A stretch of 64,000 nt of DNA from Acinetobacter phage vB_AbaSI_3, in sequence record PQ382034.1. One strand, written 5' to 3'. Below, piece after piece: positions 26,027-35,955 of this stretch. The translations under genes and the position numbers were made by a program. Position 1 is the first letter of the stretch. Each line of letters opens with the position of its first letter. The notes beneath the pieces are model-generated. The model did not search any database. It was not told the DNA's origin and worked only from the letters and a program-made list of their open reading frames with translations.

Positions 26027-26163
26027 AGCTTTATCCTTGATTGAGTGTTAAGTAAAGACCGGAATCTTGTACATCAAATAAGTATTCAGATTCCGGGTCA
26101 ATTTCAAATAATTCAGATTCAGAGCTGAAAAAATCTTTCTCTTCATTCAATAAGTGCGTTAAA

Positions 26164-26706
26164 TCAAGTATTCTCTCCATACAAAAAGTCCAGTGCATCA
26201 GTGTCTTCGACCTTTGGTCTTTCTTTTGGCTGTGCCTTTGTCGAAGCTTCATATTGTGTCATCTTATCGTAAATGTCCTGAATAAAGCCTTCATCTGCAA
26301 TAGATGCCATTTCAGGATCACGAGAATCATACACGTTGTTAATAAAGTAGCTGTATTTTACCGCAGTTTGTTTGCGTTCTTTTTTGATACGCTGAATAAA
26401 TGCATTAAAACAAGCCATAGTGATATATGCATGAGGATTATCGTATTTTGTCTCATCAAAATTGATGAGTCCTTTAATTGCAGCCTCTACACCATCACCA
26501 ATCATTTCTTCTTTCCAGGCTGGCGTATAGCCAGAAAAGTTAAAACGTTTTGATAGACCTCTTGAAATAAGAAGTATTGCTCTTCCAATAGTATCATTTT
26601 GTTTGACAATTGTACCAGCGGCTCTACACTCTTCCTTCCAAGAACATATAGCTTCATACAATTCTTTGTTATTCACATAGTTGTGCTTAACTTGTGTATT
26701 ACTCAT
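26164..26706 (-). CDS. 55: late sigma factor gp55
   Basis: Very high identity to T4 gp55 ([87 protein letters not shown]). Confidence 0.9.
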   Translation of the reverse strand: MSNTQVKHNYVNNKELYEAICSWKEECRAAGTIVKQNDTIGRAILLISRGLSKRFNFSGYTPAWKEEMIGDGVEAAIKGLINFDETKYDNPHAYITMACFNAFIQRIKKERKQTAVKYSYFINNVYDSRDPEMASIADEGFIQDIYDKMTQYEASTKAQPKERPKVEDTDALDFLYGENT

Positions 26707-26760
26707 TAAAATCTCTCCTAAGTAAGCTCAAATATTTGATGAAGCATACTTTAATATTTA

Positions 26761-27132
26761 TCAACTCGGTAAAGTGTCTAATGGCGAAAATTCCACAACG
26801 CGAAATAACAAGTCTTCAAAATATTTGACAATGCGGTCATGGTCTTTGCCAGATGCATGTATTAATTCATTTGAATCATTATCAAACACATATACATCTA
26901 AAATTTCGTTTTTGTCATACAAAATAGAACCGATTTTTTCGCCATTGGCATCAAATATTAGTGCTCGAACATAACTGTTTGACAAGTCTAAGTCAATGTA
27001 TCCTAACGGATATGTTTCTACTTTTACACGTCTGAAAATCCAAAAACCTCGCTCTACTAAACGAGTTCCATTGACAGTATACATCCCGCTTATTTTTGGA
27101 AATAAGTGAAAAACGTTTTTAAGAACTTTCAT
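26761..27132 (-). CDS. hypothetical protein (123 aa)
   Basis: ORF track entry. Confidence 0.45.
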   Translation of the reverse strand: MKVLKNVFHLFPKISGMYTVNGTRLVERGFWIFRRVKVETYPLGYIDLDLSNSYVRALIFDANGEKIGSILYDKNEILDVYVFDNDSNELIHASGKDHDRIVKYFEDLLFRVVEFSPLDTLPS

Positions 27133-27187
27133 ACCTATGCCTATAAAATTTCATTTAGAATTATTATACTACACTCAGTGATATAGC

Positions 27188-27210
27188 AAAGGGACCTTGC
27201 GGTCCCTTAA
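27188..27210. terminator. GC hairpin aaagggacc-ttgc-ggtcccttaa
   Basis: A perfect 8-bp stem. Confidence 0.35.
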
Positions 27211-27491
27211 AATGTATCATAACCTAATTGCAGAAGATAGTTCTTAAGCTCTTTGATCTTAACACGTGTCCCATCTATGAAAATATATGGCATGAATAAT
27301 TTTGACACTGTGATCTTTGTCTTTAACTCCGCATACAATTCATCATCGATCTTTGGAATACCATCTACAATTTTTACAATACGCTTGAATGTATAAGGCA
27401 AACCTGCCTCATTAAAGGTTTTCTTTGCACTTTCACAGCCTGCACATCGAAACGTTTCTTCTTCAATACCGTAAATTTCAATATTCATCAC
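27207..27491 (-). CDS. glutaredoxin/NrdH-like redoxin (CxxC)
   Basis: N-terminal RCAGCESAKK CxxC motif, characteristic of the thioredoxin-fold family. Confidence 0.5.
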   Translation of the reverse strand: MMNIEIYGIEEETFRCAGCESAKKTFNEAGLPYTFKRIVKIVDGIPKIDDELYAELKTKITVSKLFMPYIFIDGTRVKIKELKNYLLQLGYDTF

Positions 27492-27732
27492 GATTAAATC
27501 CGCTATAATAAATGAAGTTGTAGATTTCTACTAAATCAAATCCGCTTATATTGAGCTCACATAACGCTACTTCAATATCTCTCATTGATATATCACGATC
27601 TGTTGGCATATCGACGCAATGTTTATAACCATTGCTCCATGTTTCAAAGTGTACTAAATCTTCTTGCGCAATAATATACAATCTATCGCCTGTATCGCCT
27701 TCATAATTGATTGAGACTGATGTAACTTTCAT
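27478..27732 (-). CDS. hypothetical protein (84 aa)
   Basis: ORF track entry. Confidence 0.4.
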   Translation of the reverse strand: MKVTSVSINYEGDTGDRLYIIAQEDLVHFETWSNGYKHCVDMPTDRDISMRDIEVALCELNISGFDLVEIYNFIYYSGFNRDEY

Positions 27733-28211
27733 TGCTTATCCTTTAAGAATAGTCTGAGAGCCTTTTTAAACAAGGGTACTCGTTTTGCCTTAGTGCATTT
27801 TGCCGGGAATTCTAAACCTATTGATGCTGCAAGATTATCCATGCCATCAAGATCAAGTTTAGAAAAGTACTTGGTTAAATCATTGATATAAGCAGGGTGA
27901 GTGTTGTGCTCGGATAAATCTTTTTTGTAATATTCAGACAACGTCATAAAATATTCAGAGATGTCAACACCTTTGGATTTCAATCCTGAAGTATCAAATT
28001 TATGTTTGAGTTGTCCTTCTAATGCATTACAATAATTGCATAAGAGAGCACGTACTTTGCCTGCATTTGGACCATGTAATGTATGGTCATGGTCTAGATG
28101 ATTAGATTTTATATCTGGAGAAAGAGCTCTTCGGCATAATGGGCATATTCCATTTTGTGCATGATACAATCTAATCTTTTCTTCTTCAAATTTTTTGCCG
28201 ATTAATAACAT
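27729..28211 (-). CDS. 49: endonuclease VII (Holliday-junction resolvase, gp49)
   Basis: Strong identity to T4 EndoVII (AQNG.C..C.R.L.PD...NHLDHDH.L.GP.AGKVR.LLCN.CNA.EGQ.KHKF). Confidence 0.85.
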   Translation of the reverse strand: MLLIGKKFEEEKIRLYHAQNGICPLCRRALSPDIKSNHLDHDHTLHGPNAGKVRALLCNYCNALEGQLKHKFDTSGLKSKGVDISEYFMTLSEYYKKDLSEHNTHPAYINDLTKYFSKLDLDGMDNLAASIGLEFPAKCTKAKRVPLFKKALRLFLKDKQ

Positions 28212-28243
28212 ACTATCACCTCAGTAGATGATAGTATTTATTG

Positions 28244-28519
28244 TCAGCCAATCACGCGATATGAATCATCAGCGTCTAAGATACACCAATAATCCTTTAG
28301 TTCTTCAACAGTCGAAATGTCAATAATTTCACCCGTTTCAGTATTTTTTAGCTTATCGATTCCCCAGATGTCATCGATTAAAATTGTGACACTTTCAACT
28401 GTATAGGGAATTCCAGGCTTTAATTCTGGGAAATATTGTGCAATAAAAACATTATCTTCGAAATATTTTTTGTTGATAATGACAGTATTGCCTATACTAG
28501 GCTTCACTCGAATCGGCAT
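28244..28519 (-). CDS. hypothetical protein (91 aa)
   Basis: ORF track entry. Confidence 0.4.
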   Translation of the reverse strand: MPIRVKPSIGNTVIINKKYFEDNVFIAQYFPELKPGIPYTVESVTILIDDIWGIDKLKNTETGEIIDISTVEELKDYWCILDADDSYRVIG

Positions 28520-28796
28520 TTAGCACCTCATATTCTTGCGGATTGGATGTAGTAATGAATGCCCACCATTTTGCCTTTGGCTGCTCATTTTCTGGAAGTC
28601 GATGAACTTCGTGGACATTAAACTTTTCTGATGTTTCGACACAAATCATCTCAATAACGCCAGATATTTCTCCAAGATTTCTGATGCAAGTAGCTCTATA
28701 TGATTTACCCAGAGATAGCTCTGGGTAATGTATTAAGAAATCATCAGATGTATTGAAGAAATGGTCTGTCAATTTAAAAACCATTCCAGTTTGCAT
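28497..28796 (-). CDS. hypothetical protein (99 aa)
   Basis: ORF track entry. Confidence 0.4.
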   Translation of the reverse strand: MQTGMVFKLTDHFFNTSDDFLIHYPELSLGKSYRATCIRNLGEISGVIEMICVETSEKFNVHEVHRLPENEQPKAKWWAFITTSNPQEYEVLNADSSEA

Positions 28797-28797
28797 A

Positions 28798-29124
28798 TTA
28801 CACCTTTACAAAGAAATGTGAAGTGAAGTTAGTGAAGAATGCCCAGAAGTCTTCATCCAATGGATTAATTTCAAATACTACACCAGTAGATAAAGCTTTG
28901 AGTGCAACACATCCTTTAGTCATATCTAAAAGTTCAGTGAATTCATCTTCTGCAGGAGTTTCACGAACTTTTTCAATAACAAAAATACTATGTTTACTCA
29001 ATTCTGGAGTTTTCTTAATTAAAGGCTTGATGTGGCGAAGACCTTCAGGAGTGAATGAAATTTTATCGCCTTCAGCAAAATCAACAGGGTTCAAATATGT
29101 AGTATTCATTTCAATTTCCTTCAA
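28798..29124 (-). CDS. hypothetical protein (108 aa)
   Basis: ORF track entry. Confidence 0.4.
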   Translation of the reverse strand: MKEIEMNTTYLNPVDFAEGDKISFTPEGLRHIKPLIKKTPELSKHSIFVIEKVRETPAEDEFTELLDMTKGCVALKALSTGVVFEINPLDEDFWAFFTNFTSHFFVKV

Positions 29125-29151
29125 TTAATAACAACTTAGGTATTTTAAACC

Positions 29152-29430
29152 TTATTTCGATAAAGCAATGTCTTGGCGAAGCTCATGGAACCCACCAATA
29201 AGTGTTTCACCTTTAAAAATAACAGGTAATGAGATTCCAGCAGGAGAGGTTTTACCGAGTTTTGCTAACAAGCTATGAAATTCTGGAGTCCATATCGGTC
29301 CATTTTCATTTATACCAGATGCAATACTAATAAATTTGAACTCTTTGCCTTTTGCCGTACATAAACGTTTTGCACTATCGCAATTGATACATTTTTGAAC
29401 TTCAGGCAAATAACCATAAATCGTGTACAT
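29152..29430 (-). CDS. nrdC: thioredoxin/glutaredoxin NrdC
   Basis: YGY....KC..CD.AKRL motif and GGF..LR C-terminus match T4 NrdC; 92 aa. Confidence 0.75.
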   Translation of the reverse strand: MYTIYGYLPEVQKCINCDSAKRLCTAKGKEFKFISIASGINENGPIWTPEFHSLLAKLGKTSPAGISLPVIFKGETLIGGFHELRQDIALSK

Positions 29431-29519
29431 TTTGTTTCCTCTGTTAAATACGATAATTAATCTATCGTATTTATTTTATGAGGCTATTATATACAATAAC
29501 CTCATGTTTGTAAATACTT

Positions 29520-30104
29520 TTAAATTAAATTTACAGCCTTTGCAATTGCATATGAAATTCGTGGCATAGCAATACCTGTTCCAAAATATACAACCTTGCC
29601 TTCATGTGTTCGCTTGCCATAGGACCCAAGTTCGACACCTTTATATTCAATATCTAAACCCTGCGGCGTATCAACAACTATTGCGTCTTTGAGTCCTTCT
29701 TGTCTAAAAAATGCTAAAGCATCGGTCACGACTGTTCGTTCAAATGACACTAACTCGAGTTTAAGAAAGATTTCTAAGTGTGAATCATCAATTACTCTTT
29801 CATTTCGTTGACAAGGCGTAAGCATCATAAACTTGCCTTCAGATGGGACAGGTACACCGGCTTGAGCATATTTAGTCATCATATCATAAAATGACTGTTC
29901 TGCACTTCCAACGTAAAAATTGTCCTCATCATGCGCCATAGGTACAGCACCTTCAGGGATAGTTTTGTTAATTGCTTGTATGCTGACACACTGTGCAGCT
30001 GAAATAGGCTTATAGCCTAGCTTTTTATAAAACTCTATAGCGCGTAATAACTGTGGTAGATTAATTTCAAATCTTGGGTCAATTGTTAGATGTCGTTCAA
30101 ACAT
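29520..30104 (-). CDS. hypothetical protein (194 aa)
   Basis: ORF track entry; weak resemblance to ligase/synthetase-like motifs only. Confidence 0.4.
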   Translation of the reverse strand: MFERHLTIDPRFEINLPQLLRAIEFYKKLGYKPISAAQCVSIQAINKTIPEGAVPMAHDEDNFYVGSAEQSFYDMMTKYAQAGVPVPSEGKFMMLTPCQRNERVIDDSHLEIFLKLELVSFERTVVTDALAFFRQEGLKDAIVVDTPQGLDIEYKGVELGSYGKRTHEGKVVYFGTGIAMPRISYAIAKAVNLI

Positions 30105-30709
30105 TCAAGTGCCTCTGCAATTTTGTCAGTATTTCCTAATTTGGTAAGACGTTCAGTTCGGGTGAATTTCACAAGTGTGCCCTTTGTTGCCACCCAATGA
30201 TATGAATCATTACGATGAAATAACTGACCTGGCTTCTTGTGCATTTTCGTTTGTGGTACATAGATTTCACCGCGAATGACTTCGCCTACTGTAGTGAATC
30301 CTTTAATATCACTTTCGGATACCACAGGCAAGCTAGTAGAGTTTTCAGTGAAAATAATATAGTAAGTGTTGTAGTCGACCCAAATCTTTACTTGGTCGAT
30401 GCCATCAACAAAACTTGTTGCATTTTCGAGTAAATATTTCTTCCATCCAGCGGTTGAACCAAATGATGGTCTGCCATTAGCTTCAAATGCGCCTTTAGTA
30501 GTTTCAGACATTATGTCTAAATCTTTTAATGAGACACCTAACTGGTTTGCCTGATATTTTAATGCACCATACAAATCTGATAACTCAACTTGTGCCATTA
30601 TGCGGTTGTCTGAGGCAAGAGCGTCAATAAACTCTTGAGCTTCTTCAATGAGTTTGTATGCACTTGAGTGCATACTTTTCTTTATGTCAGCAACATGGTA
30701 CCCAGCCAT
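30086..30709 (-). CDS. hypothetical protein with a MazG-like N-terminal region
   Basis: LIEEAQEFIDAL...ELSDLYGAL resembles the EExxE...E..D helix pair of MazG/HisE-type NTP pyrophosphohydrolases. Confidence 0.35.
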   Translation of the reverse strand: MAGYHVADIKKSMHSSAYKLIEEAQEFIDALASDNRIMAQVELSDLYGALKYQANQLGVSLKDLDIMSETTKGAFEANGRPSFGSTAGWKKYLLENATSFVDGIDQVKIWVDYNTYYIIFTENSTSLPVVSESDIKGFTTVGEVIRGEIYVPQTKMHKKPGQLFHRNDSYHWVATKGTLVKFTRTERLTKLGNTDKIAEALECLNDI

Positions 30710-31407
30710 TATTTGAACTCCTTCACAATTTTTCCACCATATTGTGCAAATTGACTACGATATTCATACCCATTGTCTTCCCATTTGTGTTTTTCAGGAT
30801 TCCACATTTTGAATGGCTTTTGCGTAGTATCATATACTGCAACCTGATCTTTAGATGAATCTTCTTCATCCATAAAATGTACGGCTACCGTTGCACGTTC
30901 AAGCTGTTTTTTAATTTTTTGATTTTCCCAATAGCCTGGATTGCTATAGAGTGTTTCTTCTGAAGATATTGGGCGCATTGTAATGCTATCAATAGTGTGG
31001 ATGCCAAATTCACCGAATGGCAGATTGTCATCAAGTGCCTCTTTAACCCGAAGAATAGCTTCATATGCCTTTTCATCGCCGTGTTTTTCAATAAACTCGT
31101 GGCCATTAGGATCGATGCCAAACAATGTAATGAAGACCCATGTAGATGTTTCTATGGCCGCACTAACATCATCAAATTCACTTCGCGTCCATGTGTGAGT
31201 AGTTTTTCGTGGCAAATGTAATGAACTTGCTAACGCGTTGATCAATTCCATAAAATTGACTGCACGACTACCTTTGAATACTTCATTAGGTTCAAAGATC
31301 CGATTTGGGAATTCAGGATTAATTCGATGCTCAATATTAATCATATCAGCGTCGTTTTCATCGCCTTCAATTTTAAGAATATGTGTAGGTGCTGCAATAT
31401 TTGCCAT
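30709..31407 (-). CDS. hypothetical protein (232 aa)
   Basis: ORF track entry. Confidence 0.45.
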   Translation of the reverse strand: MANIAAPTHILKIEGDENDADMINIEHRINPEFPNRIFEPNEVFKGSRAVNFMELINALASSLHLPRKTTHTWTRSEFDDVSAAIETSTWVFITLFGIDPNGHEFIEKHGDEKAYEAILRVKEALDDNLPFGEFGIHTIDSITMRPISSEETLYSNPGYWENQKIKKQLERATVAVHFMDEEDSSKDQVAVYDTTQKPFKMWNPEKHKWEDNGYEYRSQFAQYGGKIVKEFK

Positions 31408-31436
31408 GACGATTCTCCAAAGGAATATGTGTTTAA

Positions 31437-31754
31437 TTATACTATATTATCAGGTGTTTGTAAACTAAAATGTTTAATAAAACCTCGAATTGTATCTCGC
31501 ATTGCATTTTCACGTTCGCGATTTGAGGCACAAACTTTCAAGTACTCATGGTTCATACTAATAACTTGTGCAGCATCTTCTACCGTGTCATATACACCTA
31601 ACACTGCAGACTTCCAATATTTTGATTGGCGAGATCCGATTTGAACGTCAATTGAATCATCGGCTTCATCTACCACTTTGTATGCCTTGTCTAGCATAAA
31701 ATTAGGACTAGAATTATAGGCGATTATAACATATTTTCCGACTAAGCTAGACAT
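31437..31754 (-). CDS. hypothetical protein (105 aa)
   Basis: ORF track entry. Confidence 0.4.
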   Translation of the reverse strand: MSSLVGKYVIIAYNSSPNFMLDKAYKVVDEADDSIDVQIGSRQSKYWKSAVLGVYDTVEDAAQVISMNHEYLKVCASNRERENAMRDTIRGFIKHFSLQTPDNIV

Positions 31755-32041
31755 TTTGATTTCTCCGTACGATATTTTGCAATTTCTTCTGCAACAGCTA
31801 AGGCTACATCAGAACGCATCGGTCTAACCTCTAGATACGTTGAATATGAGCCTATAACTATTTCATATTCAAGAAGAACTTCGCCGTTTAAAATATAACG
31901 AGTTATATTTGGCTTGTTAATTTGTTGCTGAGAATGTACTTCAACATTACAAGGGTATCCTTCAGTGTTCAAAATGAATTTAATTATTGCATTAGACACA
32001 CAAAGCTCTTGTTCACATATACGCTCAAAGATGCTTAGCAT
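31742..32041 (-). CDS. hypothetical protein (99 aa)
   Basis: ORF track entry. Confidence 0.4.
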   Translation of the reverse strand: MLSIFERICEQELCVSNAIIKFILNTEGYPCNVEVHSQQQINKPNITRYILNGEVLLEYEIVIGSYSTYLEVRPMRSDVALAVAEEIAKYRTEKSKCLA

Positions 32042-32834
32042 TATACACCTCTTTGTTCCAAATTACACCATCACGAAGTACATGATTTGGCAGCATATAG
32101 TCAGAGAACCACCAGTCATTATCATACATCGCTTCAATATAGTTATCAATACACTCCTTGTACATCCAGGATTTCTTATACTCTTTTATCGTCAACAGTT
32201 TGCGACGAATTTTAGAGATTTCGCAATGGTGTTTTGCCATTTTGTTGATAATTCGTACAACATGATTTCTTGCTACATGGTATCCATGATTGTGTGCAAA
32301 GGTATGAATAGGGTCGTACCAATACACCTTATTTCTTACGTCAGGGTGAGCGATTTTAGGATCATACCACTTGTATTGGTTACTCTCTTTATTAAATTTT
32401 TCGAGTTTATGCTGGTTAACGTGCTTTAAATCTATGTAGTGTGAACATCCCATCTCATAATCGAAATGGTAATCAAATTCGACAGGCTCAAGTTCAAAGA
32501 ACGTGTCGTCGTTGAAAAATACATCAGATGTGCAGGCATCATAATTAGACTCATCCCATGATGCATTAAAAACCGAATAGTCAATAATACCTGGTGCAGA
32601 GACTTCTTCAAAATGAAACCATGAGCCATGATCGGATACTGCCTTAATCATAGACTTATCAAGCTTTAAATTATTCTGTTTTGCAAAACCCATGATTTCA
32701 TCATAGTCTAGCCCGAATGCAGATTCACAACGCAAATTTAACGTATCACATAATGTTTGTGCTTCGAAATCAGATTTAACAATTGTTACTAAGTCTTTGT
32801 GTTGTTCATAATCTTTTAAAAATACAACAAACAT
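32025..32834 (-). CDS. hypothetical protein (269 aa)
   Basis: ORF track entry; a TGTATAAT box lies 26 nt upstream. Confidence 0.45.
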   Translation of the reverse strand: MFVVFLKDYEQHKDLVTIVKSDFEAQTLCDTLNLRCESAFGLDYDEIMGFAKQNNLKLDKSMIKAVSDHGSWFHFEEVSAPGIIDYSVFNASWDESNYDACTSDVFFNDDTFFELEPVEFDYHFDYEMGCSHYIDLKHVNQHKLEKFNKESNQYKWYDPKIAHPDVRNKVYWYDPIHTFAHNHGYHVARNHVVRIINKMAKHHCEISKIRRKLLTIKEYKKSWMYKECIDNYIEAMYDNDWWFSDYMLPNHVLRDGVIWNKEVYNAKHL

Positions 32835-32859
32835 CTTAAACCTCCATGGTATAGAGCCT

Positions 32860-32867
32860 ATTATACA
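32860..32867 (-). promoter_or_regulatory. early promoter, extended -10 (TGTATAAT)
   Basis: Reverse complement of attataca. Confidence 0.4.
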
Positions 32868-33286
32868 AAATGATAGTATGCTTGTAAACAGTTATGTATG
32901 TCAATTTGTCCAGAAGTCAATTTCATGACATGACGCACCCATTCATTTTGTGTGTAACGCCCAGGGTAGTCATTCCATTGTGTACAATATTCGATTATCT
33001 GATCTGCATGAATTCCACACGTCTGATATCCTATATCGCTTTCAATTGTTGCAATTGCAGTTTCTAATGGCAAATGTTTAACTTTATTATATGTTGGAAA
33101 TGAAATCATTCCCCATTTATACATTTCTGATACTGATTTTGGTGTTGTGCGAATTCTGCTATCTACGCCTTTCATATTTTTACTCACTAGATTAGGCTCG
33201 TTAGAGCCTAAGTTAAACATTAAGGAATTAACGAAGTTGTGTAACTTCAGCAATTTCTTTCCAGTTTTGTTCATCAGTTTTAACAA
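32861..33286 (-). CDS. hypothetical protein (141 aa)
   Basis: ORF track entry. Confidence 0.4.
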   Translation of the reverse strand: MLKLMNKTGKKLLKLHNFVNSLMFNLGSNEPNLVSKNMKGVDSRIRTTPKSVSEMYKWGMISFPTYNKVKHLPLETAIATIESDIGYQTCGIHADQIIEYCTQWNDYPGRYTQNEWVRHVMKLTSGQIDIHNCLQAYYHFV

Positions 33287-34235
33287 AACTTGCTAAATAT
33301 AATGCTGTACGTAATGATACATTACGAAGTCTTGAAATGTTATCCTTCATCCATTCTAAAATTTGTTTAGTTTCAGATTCAAGTAATCCCGCTTTAAACA
33401 TCATATCTGTGTTTAAAATTACGTCTTCAACACGAACCATAATTTCTTCGTTGGTGTGAACTCCAAGATCTAAGTAAACCGAGCGAGATACTAGAGCATC
33501 AAGATGTGGTGCTAATTTTGATCCACGATCAATTTCACGATCAATATCGGTGTTGGTAATGAAAACGATTGTACCTTCAAATTCAAATTCTTGTGGAATT
33601 TCTTTTTCTTCAAGATAAGATGATGCAGTCGTCCAACAAACTTTACGAGTTTCGGAAGTATCTAATGCAGCTTTCAAAAGGTTAAGAGAATCTTCAGATG
33701 AGAAAACATCTACATCGTCTAAAACTAATACACTGTTTGGGCCTGAGCATTCATACAGTTTACAGAACATACCAATTGGAGACATTTTACCATTTACGAT
33801 TGTATACTCGATTTTACCTTCAGCATCGGCTTTTTCTAAGTCACGATTTAACGTGTATGTCTTGCCAATGCCTGGTGCACCTGAGATAATGAGTGAACGA
33901 ATAGATTTGTTAATTAACCCTTTAGTCATAATATCCATAACTGAAAAGCGTTTATTAATTCGTGCTTTCATTTCTTCAACTGATTCAGCAACATATTGAG
34001 CAGCAAGTGGAGATTCAACTTTCATTGTTTTTGGAAGTTGTCCTTCGATTGAGTAATCACCATGATAAACCCAAATTCCGCGTTGTTTACCATTAAAATT
34101 AATAATGACTTTACCATCACCAAATTGACTGTCATAATCATTTAGTTCTGCAGGGAACCAAGTATTGATTAATTCGAACGTACCATGAAATTCATTTCCA
34201 CGATAAATTCCTTTGTTGATAGTAACTGTAGCCAT
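33228..34235 (-). CDS. P-loop AAA-type ATPase (335 aa), function unknown
   Basis: Walker A ISGAPGIGKTYTL, Walker B-like VLVLDDVD and an arginine-containing region downstream. Confidence 0.55.
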   Translation of the reverse strand: MATVTINKGIYRGNEFHGTFELINTWFPAELNDYDSQFGDGKVIINFNGKQRGIWVYHGDYSIEGQLPKTMKVESPLAAQYVAESVEEMKARINKRFSVMDIMTKGLINKSIRSLIISGAPGIGKTYTLNRDLEKADAEGKIEYTIVNGKMSPIGMFCKLYECSGPNSVLVLDDVDVFSSEDSLNLLKAALDTSETRKVCWTTASSYLEEKEIPQEFEFEGTIVFITNTDIDREIDRGSKLAPHLDALVSRSVYLDLGVHTNEEIMVRVEDVILNTDMMFKAGLLESETKQILEWMKDNISRLRNVSLRTALYLASFVKTDEQNWKEIAEVTQLR

Positions 34236-34274
34236 AATATTTTACTCAATGTAGTATTTGATTTGATATGTCTA

Positions 34275-34283
34275 TTATACCAT
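34275..34283 (-). promoter_or_regulatory. early promoter, extended -10 (TGGTATAAT)
   Basis: The reverse complement of attatacca lies 40 nt upstream of the ATPase start. Confidence 0.4.
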
Positions 34284-34335
34284 AAAGTGTAATAGGCGTA
34301 AACATTTATTGAAAAATATTTACGCCTATTTGTTG

Positions 34336-34617
34336 TTATTTTGCGAATAGCGCGATGAGAGCTAGGCCTAGAACTATCCACCCGAGCAACTCGATGATTG
34401 AACTAAGGCGATAGACTGACACATTTTGAGTATCTTCTCTAGGCCAAGCTGCTTGCAATGCAAAGTTATTTTCACCGCGCAATGTACTCAAAGAGAATTC
34501 ATAGTCTCCGCTTTTGAGCCATAGTGTATCAACTGAACGAACTTTACGAATAGCGACAATTTTTGCAAATCGCATTAATGGCACTATTAAAACAGTTTCA
34601 CCAACTTTATATTTCAT
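34336..34617 (-). CDS. hypothetical protein (93 aa) with a C-terminal TM segment
   Basis: ORF track entry. Confidence 0.4.
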   Translation of the reverse strand: MKYKVGETVLIVPLMRFAKIVAIRKVRSVDTLWLKSGDYEFSLSTLRGENNFALQAAWPREDTQNVSVYRLSSIIELLGWIVLGLALIALFAK

Positions 34618-34618
34618 A

Positions 34619-34828
34619 TTATTGCTCCAATGGATATAATTTCAATAAGAAGTCACGAAGTAAAATTTGTTCACGAACAGTCAAAACTATGCCTTCACAT
34701 TCGTCTACACAATCAATGTACAAATCCTTGTCAGGAAGAACTTCTACAATTGTGTCACAAAATTCACCTGTTTCTTTTTCTTCAGGCGTTTGTTCAATGA
34801 TCCAACGGTTCTCAGCGATTTGTTTCAT
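34619..34828 (-). CDS. hypothetical protein (69 aa)
   Basis: ORF track entry. Confidence 0.35.
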   Translation of the reverse strand: MKQIAENRWIIEQTPEEKETGEFCDTIVEVLPDKDLYIDCVDECEGIVLTVREQILLRDFLLKLYPLEQ

Positions 34829-35865
34829 AGTTTCAATCCCATTTTAACTTGATCTTTGTATACATCAAAAATAAATTTATCCCAAAACTCTTTGTCGACA
34901 CTAGATCGCATACCATTCTTGGCAGCTTCGGCTGATAATTTATCAACATCACTGATAAGGTCTTCAAGAATTGTGGAAACCTCTTTAAACTCGAGTTTGC
35001 CTAATTTAATATCCATTAGCAATTCACGATCTTTTAATGGATATTTAAGGTCACCAGTCTTATAGATCTCTTGTAATTGTAATCCACCTCGAATCGCATG
35101 ATGCATTGCTTTCCAGTCGATGCCGTTATTTAATTCAGCCTGACGTGCACGTTCACCATACTTATCCCACTCGGTAGCAATTTTCCGCTTGAGTTCTGAC
35201 ATTTTAATAGTGAGTTGGTGCTTTACACCCATGACATTGTAGAATGTTGATCCAGTTTTAGGATTTGTTTCAATTTTGCAATATTCATTGATAGGTAATG
35301 CATCCACAAAATCTGCAACACGATAATCTCTAGTTCTAGAAATATATCGATCTGGATAGAACGTCACATCAGCAATATCAATGTTATGCTGAGTAGGCAA
35401 GTCCTTAATAGCATCATGAACTTGGCGAAGTGCCGCCATTCGAGTACCTTTGATGCCGTATTTTGCCGCTTGTTTTTTGACATAGCCTAAATATGCTTTC
35501 ATGTCAGTAGTATAGAACATTGAACGATTCGCAACAATAAAGTCCCATGGCTCCATGAAATCGTAATCGACAATAAACTCTGGCGGTGTATGGAGCATGT
35601 CTAATGCAATAGTTTCACCTTTAATTGCAAGTTCAATGAAATATTTCAATGAGTACATTTCCACATCAACATCATCTGCTGTGTTTTTGGTGTGGCTGTT
35701 GTTTGTGTTCTTATTATAGTGAGTCAATGCGTTGCCCATAATGATACTTTTTGCATCAGGGATAAAGATGCCTTTGATGTCTAAATCGCTTGATGGCGTA
35801 GATGTACCATACAACTTAGATCCAAACACACATTGCATAACTAAACGTTCTTTCATAATATTCAT
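34825..35865 (-). CDS. polymerase-beta-superfamily nucleotidyltransferase-fold protein (346 aa)
   Basis: FGSKLYGTSTPSSDLDIKG (GS...DxD) followed by a third acidic cluster ADDVDVEMY about 50 residues later; ~250-aa C-terminal domain of unknown function. Confidence 0.5.
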   Translation of the reverse strand: MNIMKERLVMQCVFGSKLYGTSTPSSDLDIKGIFIPDAKSIIMGNALTHYNKNTNNSHTKNTADDVDVEMYSLKYFIELAIKGETIALDMLHTPPEFIVDYDFMEPWDFIVANRSMFYTTDMKAYLGYVKKQAAKYGIKGTRMAALRQVHDAIKDLPTQHNIDIADVTFYPDRYISRTRDYRVADFVDALPINEYCKIETNPKTGSTFYNVMGVKHQLTIKMSELKRKIATEWDKYGERARQAELNNGIDWKAMHHAIRGGLQLQEIYKTGDLKYPLKDRELLMDIKLGKLEFKEVSTILEDLISDVDKLSAEAAKNGMRSSVDKEFWDKFIFDVYKDQVKMGLKL

Positions 35866-35928
35866 CTCATTGATCAGATAGTGGTATTATAATATCATAA
35901 TTCATTAAAGTAAACAATTAAATGCACA

Positions 35929-35952
35929 AAAGGAGAACAATGTTCTCCTTTT
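35929..35952. terminator. hairpin aaaaggagaacaatgttctcctttt followed by ATTTT
   Basis: A 10-bp stem flanked by A/T runs on both strands. Confidence 0.4.
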
Positions 35953-35955
35953 ATT

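Noticed and set aside
26031-26252. 73-aa ORF overlapping the 3' end of gene 55
   Set aside because: It overlaps gp55 by ~90 nt in another frame, leaving 26031-26163 as a short 3' region. It may be a real small gene with a later start, but there is no support.
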